Source of the DNA: Octopus vulgaris
Taxonomy: Eukaryota
Direction of reading: 5' to 3'
Length of the DNA: 64,000 nt
Assembly: GCA_951406725.2 (NCBI GenBank)
Contig: OX597827.1
Span: 3,534,001 to 3,598,000, forward strand
Both the position numbers and the translations under genes were made by a program. The notes below the pieces were generated by a model. The model was not told where the DNA came from, did no database searches, and saw only the letters and a program-made list of their open reading frames with translations. Of the stretch, positions 53,567-64,000 are shown piece by piece (positions within the stretch are counted from its first letter, which is position 1; the number at the start of each line of letters is the position of its first letter).

Positions 53567-54797
53567 TATCATTCCTTCATTTTGGTTCAAAGTAAGGAAA
53601 AGGAAGAACTTCATTTTAAGGTGTTATTATAATCCATGGTATTCCATCCTGTGGTAAGTAAATAAAGTGTTGGTTTGTTTACATCCACATAAATTAGTGG
53701 TTCAGCAAAAAAGACCAATAGAACGAGTATTAGACTTAAAAAATAAGTATTTGTTCAACTAAACCCTTCAAGGCATTGCCCCAGCATGGCTGCAGTCAAA
53801 GAACTGAGAGATGTAAAAGATAAAAGATACATATAAAGGTTAGAGATATAGCACTTGACCCACTAGAAATAGCAGTGTAATTGCCATCAAATTACAATGG
53901 GGTGTCTTAAATAAGTAAAATAAACTGAGATATTGTAATCCTAGATAAACTACTACATCTCGAAATACGGTGAGATGGTCATGGATGGAGCACTTTTGAT
54001 TTTGATTCTGCTGAATCATATTAATAATAACAATTGCAGCAATATAAAATCAACAAGATTTTATATTTTTGCCGAGAAAATGCAATGAGTTAAAGCATAA
54101 GGAAAGAAATTTTTTATGCAGCAATATTGCTTCTACCAACGTCGCTTTCAGTTCTTTGAATTCTCAAGATGTTCTATTGATACAAGGAATTTTTATTACC
54201 AGGCACTCTTGCAATTCTCTATCATGAGACATGAATGGGTTTTGTTTCTAACCAAATTTTCAAAACTGCATGAGTATTTAGTGTTCATGTGCATAAATAC
54301 GCATATGTGAATACACACAAGTACAGACACACAACCACACGCACACATGTACATACACTCACATGTACATACACACACATATATATATGGTAATATGTTT
54401 GTGCAAGTATGCGTGTTTTCATTCATGTATATGTGAGCATATATATATATATATATATATTTAAATAGATGTGAGTGCAGGTATGTGTGGGTGTAAGGAT
54501 CCCACTGCAAATTTGAATCTAAATACATAAGGTTTTTACGAATATATTTATACCAATTATTTGTGTATTTATATATGTGATTTCATCCTTAAAAACCTAG
54601 TTATGGCATTTGCATGTGAGCTTTGCCAAACCATATTTCCAACGCATGCACACCATGGCACCGTGGCACATATATATATACCGAAAATGTTCTTAGAAAC
54701 ACAAACATATGAGTTTCTTGTGTGTGAGTGGATGTGTGTTGTGTGGGGTATTTATGTATGTATATATTATGTGTGTGTCAGTCTATCTATCTATCTA

Positions 54798-54850
<53 letters not shown>

Positions 54851-55157
54851 GTATAAATAAATACATATATACATATATGTATGTATATACATACAGAGAG
54901 AGAGAGACAAACTTGGTCATACAATTGCATTGATAGATGCACAAATATATACATAATCTTAAACATTTCCATGAATGTAGACTGTGCATGTACATATATA
55001 TTATTTTTATGTGTGTATTTACTCTCATAGTCACACAAACACACATGCGTGCATCAAAACATACACTCCCAGGCACACATCTGCATATATTTGTATTAAA
55101 TTCTCTCCCAGTAAATATGCTTATGCCTATATGCATACCTATATAGAAATATATATA

Positions 55158-55243
55158 GACATGCTTATGTACACATATATATATATATATATATATAGAC
55201 ATGCTTATGTACATATATATATATATATATATATACATGCTTA

Positions 55244-55275
<32 letters not shown>

Positions 55276-55317
55276 CAGTCTTATGTAAATATATATATAT
55301 ATATATATAGACATGCT

Positions 55318-55345
<28 letters not shown>
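55158..55345. repeat. minisatellite GACATGCTTATG-(TA)n
   Basis: About six spacer units separated by variable (TA)n. Confidence 0.85.
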
Positions 55346-55355
<10 letters not shown>

Positions 55356-55990
55356 TGCTTATGTATGTATATATATATGTATGTATGTATGTATACACAT
55401 GCATGCACACACAGAGACACTCATATAAATATGTTTGATGGATAAGTGCATGTGGAAGAATTTTTTACTGACATTCAATAATATAATAGAAATGTTGTTG
55501 TCATTGTTGTTGTTGCTGTTGTTGACGGTCGTGGTGGTGGTGGTGGTAGTGTTACTGCTGTTGTTGTTGTTGTTTAGCTACCACAGTGAATAACAATTCT
55601 GACAAAATTAAATAGCTTCATGCAGAACCAGTGGAAGATTTCTGCACACAAACACACACACACACACCAGCACACGCACAAAAGGCCACACGCATGCACT
55701 CACACACAGAAATATGTCCACACAGGCATAAATGAGGCTATGCGTATATATATTCACTAACACAGGCATATGTATACACAGCCATGCATAAATCTCCCAT
55801 ACATACACAGGTATACATAAATGCATATATATATATATATATGTATGTTTATATATATATATATATGTGTATGTGTATATATATATATAATGTATGTGTA
55901 TATATATATATAATGTATGTGTATATATATATATAATGTATGTGTATATATATATATATATATGTATGTGTACATATAAATATATATATG

Positions 55991-56056
<66 letters not shown>

Positions 56057-56216
56057 CGTATGTATGTATATATATACATATATATATATTACATATGTAT
56101 ATTCACACACATATATGTAATTACATACATATGTACACATAAATATACACATACATATATACGTGTTTGTGTATATATATATATACGTACATATATACAC
56201 ATATATATATATACAC

Positions 56217-56255
<39 letters not shown>

Positions 56256-56721
56256 TAGTCAGCTGAGTACATAAAGCAATATGTTCACGTATGAGAATGT
56301 GCCAGTGTGTCTGTGTGTCTGTTTGAGTTGCTAATCCCCCCCCCCATCGCCATCACCACTACCACTACCACCACTACTACTACCACTGCACCCATCTCAT
56401 TTTATTTTGGATTTCCTCTTGAGCTGAAGATTTGTGATTTCCCTGCACCATGCAGTTACCTATTTACTCTGCTGCAATAATAAATTTATTTCTCAAGCTT
56501 ACAATATTTTTTGATTACCTTATATTATGTGTTTATGTGAATATTTTTGTGCATGTGTATATACATATATATACATATATTTATGTGTGTTTGTAATGTG
56601 TGAGCTTATATACTTTATATGTGTGTGAACATTTAAGCATATTCAGCTGAATTCATTCCATATATATGTACATGTGTGTGTCTGTGTCTATATATCTAAA
56701 TATATATTTGTATATAAATAT

Positions 56722-56772
56722 CATATCATCATCATCATCATTTAACGTCCGCTTTCCATGCTAGCATGGGTT
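56722..56772 (-). mobile_element. severely 5'-truncated family C insertion (RTE-type tail only)
   Basis: Near reverse complement of 58406-58455 (CCCATGCTAGCATGG...GGACGTTAAATGATGATG). Confidence 0.75.
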
Positions 56773-56789
56773 ATGTATATAAATGTATG

Positions 56790-57175
56790 TATGTATGTAT
56801 GTTTATAATAATAAGAAATGCAGAAAATATAATTGGTATTTTTGAGATCTGTATATGTACACACGTTTCTGTAAGCCAGCAGCGCACCTCCTCAGTATTA
56901 TAGCCAAAAACACAATATGATAATGGTTGCATGCCTTTATGTATCCCAGTCATGCATGTTACGCATAGGCAAGATGGTATATAAGAATATATTGTGATAG
57001 AAGGTGAGATAGTAGGATAATGTTAAGTGAAGAACTATTACAATAGAATGGGATATACAAACATTTCTGCCTACCAACACACAAACATATATAGTAAAGA
57101 AAAGCAGGGAAAGTGAGGTAGAAAAATTTAACATCATAGTAGTGGTAAACACAGCCAGTGACATATATCAATGTA
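56790..57175 (-). mobile_element. probable Penelope-like pseudo-LTR remnant
   Basis: Minus strand CTGAGGA...GAAACGTGTGTA hammerhead-like motif at 56858-56895, followed by an AT-rich terminus like those of the other PLE ends. Confidence 0.45.
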
Positions 57176-57395
57176 CAAATGTAAGATAGTAGACATCTTT
57201 TTTGATGTTTTTACAATGTTTAGGTCCAACGAACTCCAGTTTTGCAGACATGGCATTCAGCTATTGCTTTTATAAATATGTCCATAAATCAAAGTTGCAT
57301 CTCAAGGTTCTAGGCCATGCATATACTTTCATGCACATACATATTTAACATACATGCATGTATATACACATGTACACAAGTGCACTATCATACAC

Positions 57396-57431
<36 letters not shown>

Positions 57432-58212
57432 GTATATATACGTATATATATATATATACATACTAGTGTATGATAGTGTACATGTGCATATACATGCATG
57501 TAAGTTAAATGTCTATACATATAAATGCACATATGCACATACTCTCATATATATACACTTACACCCACACACATGCAAGCAGGTATTTCACTGATCTCCG
57601 GCAACTTACTGTTTCAAACACTCGTACATTCACATACATATTTATGCAACAGGTTTCTGCATCTAAAATTCATTCCAAAGGCCCAAGGATTTAGTAGAAG
57701 ACCATTTCCCAAAGCGTCATGTAGTAGGACTGAATACAAAACTGTGCAGTTGCCAAATCCAGACATAACCCTTTTGTTTTTTCTCTCTGTCCCCTTGTGC
57801 CATGCCAGTTTTTACAGATGTCAATGATCACATACCTACTTGACAATGTCTGAAGATTCGAGATTTTTCTTGAGAAAGTTACAGCAGCGATTGCCTGTTG
57901 TCTTCTGACTGGTGCCATCTTAATGCACAAGCACACTGAGTAGTTGCCTGGAGCAGCTTTATGGGTCTTGAAGTCCAGTTGTGATCAATCTATTTTAAGT
58001 CTTGCTGCCAATAAATAAAAACTACAGGGACCAGTGCATTGGTTTGTCCAGGGGCCCTTACAGGTCTAGATGTCCACTTCTAATCTATGTATGTGGTGCT
58101 TTGCTCTCAGTAAATAAATACTATAGGATCCACTGCGTTGATCTGCCTAGGTATCTCACAGGTCTGGGAACCCAATTTTGATCTATGCATGCTGTGGTTT
58201 GCTGTCAGTAAA

Positions 58213-58460
58213 TACTAGAGACACCAATCCGACCGTGGCCGTTGCCAGCCTCGCCTGGCACCTGTGCGGGTGGCACGTAAACAGCACCCACTACACTCAC
58301 GGAGTGGTTGGCGTTAGGAAGGGCATCCAGCTGTAGAAACATTGCCAGATAAGACTGGAGCCTGGTGCAGCCTTCTGGTTTCCCAGATCCCCGGTCGAAC
58401 CGTCCAACCCATGCTAGCATGGAAAACGGACGTTAAATGATGATGATGATGATGATGATG
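58213..58460 (+). mobile_element. SINE family C with RTE-type (TGA)n tail
   Basis: GGTTGGCGTTAGGAAGGGCATCCAGCTGTAGAAAC, palindromic CCATGCTAGCATGG, (TGA)n tail; CpG-rich. Confidence 0.8.
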
Positions 58461-58979
58461 ACAGTGCATCAATTTTCCTGGAAAACTATAAAGCTGCTTA
58501 GATGCTCCTGCTTCTACCCATTTTTCAAATAGCTTACTCTCCTAGTCTCCTGCTCTTCTCAGCTTATTTGTGGCGAGGACGTTGAAAGACATTAGGGCAT
58601 ATCCACTCATTAATAGACTTGTGTGGCATATATCTAGGGGGCCAGCCCTTTTCCAAAGTCTGTATGCCTTTGTGACAGTATCATCTTCTGCTACTTGATC
58701 CATAACTGGATCTCTTAACAGGTACTAACACCCGGGATCAGAGTGTTGTGATCAAAGGATAACACCATGCTACCCCTAACCCAAAACACCTGAAATTTTC
58801 AGCAGGAGTCGCCCCGTCAAATGCTGATTAATGTCTTGCCCAGGAACAGTCATTTTGGATGCACTTAAAAATACACAGTGTATTCTTCTCTGTTAAAAAT
58901 AACAAGCTGTGATTTTTAAGAAGATTTCGTAACCATTTCTGAAAAATTGAGTAATCACATAGATTCTCTTTTGGGAATA

Positions 58980-59640
58980 TGATGGAAGCAATATGAAGAG
59001 TTTGTGGTGATAAGAAGAGTGAGGATAGTGGTGGTAGAGATGGTGATGATGGCAGTGGTGGTAGTAGTAGTAGTGGTAAAGGGTATGATGCAGTTACTTA
59101 TAATGTTCCTTTACACAGATCATGGTAGTGAGGGAGGTGATGGTAATAGTGTAGGAGGGGAGTGTGGTGATGGTGGTGATGATGATGAGGAACATGATGA
59201 CAACAACGACAACAATGATGACAGCAATGATGATAATGATGATTTGGTGATAGTTATGATGACGACGACAATACGATAGAAGGAATGGTTTCAATCTTTT
59301 GCAATAGTGATGGCAGTAGTGATGATAATATGATGAGGATGGTGGTAAACAGCAAGATTGGAGAATTGACGATTATGGTGAGAAGATTATTGCGACAGTT
59401 TGGATATGCTGATAACGATGCTGGTACTGGTATTATTGTGAATGGTTGTGATAGATATTTTTGTGGATGATGATGAAGAAGAAGAACAAGAAGGAGGTAG
59501 CTACATTGGAAATGGTGCTTGTGCATCATGCATTTCATGGCGATATTGATAGTGATAACAATTGTCGTATTGATGTTGGTGATGACAATAGAGATGATGA
59601 TGATGATGATGACTGCATTGGCGATGTTGGTGGTGGTTGG
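58980..59640. repeat. degenerate trinucleotide mosaic (GAT/GGT/AGT/AAC)
   Basis: Directly visible low-complexity triplet tracts. Confidence 0.8.
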
Positions 59641-59838
59641 GGAAAAAAAAAATAATTCTTTGGCTCCAGGACAATCATTTTGACTCTGGAGATATTTTTA
59701 TGATGTGAAAGCATGTTAGATTTCAAATAATGGATTTCTACGTGTTTTCTGAGGAACTACTTCTGCAACAGAACTTTAGATAATCAGATAGAAGTTGCTT
59801 AATATGCAGGAAAAACAGAAATAAAATGAATTACCATA

Positions 59839-59883
<45 letters not shown>

Positions 59884-59937
59884 GCATAAATAAGCATATA
59901 TATATATAAAAACATATATATACAAAATATTGGGCTT

Positions 59938-59984
<47 letters not shown>

Positions 59985-60054
59985 TATACATATATATATA
60001 TATACACACACATACGTACATGCATATATGTACATGCATACATGTATATGCATA

Positions 60055-60092
<38 letters not shown>

Positions 60093-60303
60093 TGCTTATA
60101 AATTTTACTTCCACCATTGTTGATACCAGAAGATATAATTTCCTTCATATGTATAATACATATAAGATATATACAAAAATGTGTGTGTGTGTGTGTGTGT
60201 AAATTATATATATATTATAAATATATATATATCCATACATACAGACATATATATATATATTACACACACACACATGTATATAAAGAATATGTATCATATA
60301 TGA

Positions 60304-60348
<45 letters not shown>

Positions 60349-60959
60349 CGTAAACATACACAAACATACATTCGTAATATACAACGAAATATACACACAA
60401 GCGTCCACACATACTCACACCAAGTTTATTTTTTTATACCATGCTAGTATAAGACTGTGCAGATGTGTTTGTCAAGTGCTGTGGATATATTTATGTACGT
60501 ATGTGTATATGGTGAGTTCTTGTGAATTCTCTTTAGGTGTGTAAATTTACTAGTGTTGGAAATGTTATTACTGATGCCAATACTGGTTTGCTATGTAACA
60601 CATCAATTGTCAATAGAGAGTTGTGTCAATGGTGGGGTTGTTTTTTTTCCTCTTTTCCGGAATCTCCAGTTTCCAACCATACCTTGTACACACATAAATA
60701 TATGTATACATATATACATACTTGTGTGTGAGATATATATATATATGCATATGTATATCTATCTATCTATATGTATGTATGTATTTATGTATATATATAT
60801 CATCACCATCATTATTACAATGTCAACTTTTTCATGCTTGCTCAGGTCAAATGAAATTCGATAAGGCAGCTTTTCTATGGCCAAACGTGTGTGTGTGTGT
60901 ATCAACATTACTCAGCCACTCAGCCTCCTCTTGTAAACACACTCATTCTTTTATGGTGA

Positions 60960-62230
60960 CTCTTGAAGGCCACTCCTTCCCAATCCTTATGCATTGAGCT
61001 ACAATTCTGACCAGACGTCTTTCTATTTCTCACATCCACATCCCTGCTCCATATCCCTGCATCTATCACCTTAATTACACACTAGTTTACTTTTCCTCCA
61101 AGACCAATGCCCTTGTGATTCACCATTGCCCTTTCATATGTCATAACAATTATATTTTGGTGCCGATGACATTTTTCATACTGAACAATTAATCCCTGTG
61201 GACTCCTTCCCAACACTTCCTCAAAACCAATATTGAGTATTCACCACATTATGCTAACCTGTAGGCTCTTTCTTCCGATTCAGAGACTGACCTTGCAACC
61301 ACTGATTCTTTAAATGATGTCAGCTGGTTCCACAGGATATCTGGTTTCAATTATTTTCATTGGGTTGACTATTCTTATTAGCATGTTCTAATCAGATTTA
61401 GACTGATTTGATTTCCAGAAATAATTGAGATTCATCAATATCTCTTTCATAAGCACATTGCACTTTACTGATAAAAACGGGACAGCATTAGCAACACACT
61501 AATGAGGACTATGCTAATGTGTTATGATGAGTTGGCCTCCACAGAGTAAAGTACTTTGACAACTCAGTAATCCTCTATCCTACCTTGAGTTAATTGATAA
61601 CCATACTCAAAACAACTAACAACTCATGCTCTACTATTATATACTAGCTTATCTCCTCAGCTTCTTTTCCTTTGACAGTCCCTAAAACAACTATTGTTTT
61701 CACCCTACTAATCCCACTATTATCTTTTCCACCCAAATCTGTAACGTCTGCAACCCAGCTGTACCTTTGTCTTTGCTCACACCAACCTACAAAACTTATT
61801 TCTAAATTCCTTGGCTGCAGTTTTCCCATACAACATCCATTATACCAAACATGTGCTTCGTGTTTTCCATTTCTTCTCCCACCAGTTTCTTCTAAACTAC
61901 ATGATAACAGTCCCTAGGTCATTCATTTTTTATATATACTTGAACCTATCACCTCTACATTTCTTCACTTCACCACATTTGTCCTCATTCTTACTTGCTT
62001 TATTTTTCTCAGTGGAGTTCTACCAGTATGTCACTGGAATAGTTAGCTATGGCTATTAACGTGTTCCCTGACACCTCCAATTTGCTTGTTTGCGATTGTC
62101 CACTGACCGAAGCCAGAACTTTATGATTATTACATTAATGTCATAAGTAATACACACACCAGCTCTTACTAGTGAGCAGCTCACTTCCATCTTTCTCCAC
62201 TCTCCACTACTCACAAACTAAATATCTATT
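60960..62230 (-). mobile_element. old LINE (RTE-like) remnant
   Basis: Strand-biased composition and scattered endonuclease-like peptides; heavily decayed. Confidence 0.4.
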
Positions 62231-62805
62231 TGTCCAATTTTTCTAACCATTATTACTATAACTCCTAAGGCCACAAGCTGATACAATCATTTGCACACTG
62301 GGCAAAACGCTTAGCAGCATTTCATCCACCTTTATATTCTGAGTTCAAATTCCACCAAGGCTTACTTTGCTTGCCATCCTTTCAGGGTCAATGAAATAAG
62401 TACCAGTTGAGCACTGTGGTTAATGTAATCTAACAGCCTCTTCTCCATAAAATGTCAAGCTTCGTCTTTATAGCAGAAAGGATTACTGTAATTCCTGTCT
62501 AACAACAGATTTTTATTTTTTATTATCTCCCTTGTCTATCTTGGTAAAGAGTATATGCCCAAATAATTAATATACTTTTCTGTATGTTGTACTTAACACA
62601 AATATACAACTGAAAGCCTGGAAACTGCAGCATTTGTCTTGAGAAAGCATCTCATATAGATGTATAGTGTTAACAAACACAGAAAGGTATCCATCTTGCA
62701 GCAGTGATGCAAATAACAAATTTTTAAAATAATATTTTTCCTTTCCTTCACAATGGATACATTGATTTTTACATTTATTTTCATTACTTTTCCATAGTTA
62801 CATGT

Positions 62806-62806
62806 A

Positions 62807-62862
<56 letters not shown>
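62806..62862. repeat. (TAG)n microsatellite
   Basis: Perfect triplet tract. Confidence 0.95.
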
Positions 62863-62863
<1 letters not shown>

Positions 62864-63367
62864 GGGGGCTATATCTTGGAAATCTGCTGGCCCAATAGTT
62901 TCTCTTCATGGGAGAATTAATAGTCAAGACTATTTAAGCATTTTATTTGATCAAATTCATCCTATGGTTGTGGAACTGTTTCTGGAGGGAAACACAATCT
63001 TTCAGGATGATAATGCACCAATTCGCACAGCTAAAATTGTTACTGAATGGCATGAGAAACATTCTTGTGAAGTTGAACATCTTATCTGGCCATCACAGTC
63101 CCCAGATCTCAATATTATTGAACATCTATGGTGCATTTTAGAAAAAACAAGTAAGGAGTGGATATCCTCCACCATCATCACTACAAGAACTGGAGACTGT
63201 TTTAGCTGAAGAATGGACAAAAATTCCTTTGGAAACAATTCAAACTTTGTAAGAGTCCATACCGTGTAGAATTCAAGCAGTAATTACTGCCAAAGGCAGT
63301 CCTAACCCATATTAAAATAAATTTGTTCAAAATTTTAAAATGTTTCCATTATTCTATCCAACCCCTG
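62863..63367 (+). mobile_element. Tc1-like transposon 3' half
   Basis: FQDDNAPIRTAK...WPSQSPDLNIIEHLW (DD34E); right TIR CCATTATTCTATCCAACCCCTG|TA; related to 31265-32476. Confidence 0.9.
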
Positions 63368-64000
63368 TACATATATTCTTTGATTATTTAAATGGTTCAG
63401 CTGAAGGCTGTGACCCTGCAGTGACACAACCATTAGCATTAATGCTTGCTTATTTTAGACTTGTTTCCTGACCCTGTCTTTGAAATCTTTCATGATGAAG
63501 AATGTGATTTTGTAAATTTAATGATTTCATATTCATGCAGTATTTTATATTGTACTAAAGATTTTTACTCTAAAAGCAAATAATTGGTTTCTGGATTACC
63601 TTCAATTTAACAGACTTTAGACATTAATAGACACTCTACCCACACTAGTAGTCTGTTAAACTGTGGGTTTACTCTCACTGCTTTATTTGTACTATTCTCA
63701 GATAGCCAGGCTACTACGAAGAGTTTGCAACACCTTTGGGTATTATTTGAATATTTCTGGATAATCTATTTTCTCCATTTCTTTACTTTTGCTCAGAATA
63801 GTTTTTTTCACCACTACTCATATAATTCCTCAAACTCTTCCTTTTAATCACTTTCCCTTTGATAAACATTCTTTTAATAAACTCAGTTATCTTTCAACTT
63901 TAAGTATTCTCCTACCTTAGCTAATAATCACAATAAGTACAATCTTCCCTTTTCTCTCTTTTCTCTTCATACATATCAAAGGAGGAGCTGTTTGTATATT

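Overview
AT-rich eukaryotic, repeat-dense DNA that is intronic or intergenic. I find no intact protein-coding gene, rRNA, true tRNA or CRISPR array. The SINE families and very high (TA)n/(CA)n load resemble a coleoid cephalopod (Octopus-like) genome; this is inference. Almost all ORFs in the track are microsatellite translations. Contents: many copies of about four SINE families; decayed mariner/Tc1, hAT (Charlie/Buster-like), TTAA-flanked MITE, RTE, CR1-like, Gypsy and Penelope-like (PLE) elements; and one 1.44-kb A/T-tract satellite. Most notable: (1) several fold-back PLE termini carrying minimal type-I hammerhead-ribozyme motifs, stacked at 12.3-13.4 kb with others near 53.5 and 56.9 kb; (2) a GAAAATTTT satellite with higher-order structure that replaces the ends of two SINEs; (3) two SINE copies sharing a 69-bp unique 3' extension that ends at the first Pol III terminator; (4) a perfect 35-bp inverted copy of a sequence 4.8 kb away, inside a dead mariner; (5) a hAT/Gypsy nested deletion chimera. 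Coordinates and identities were read by eye, and boundaries of old elements are approximate.
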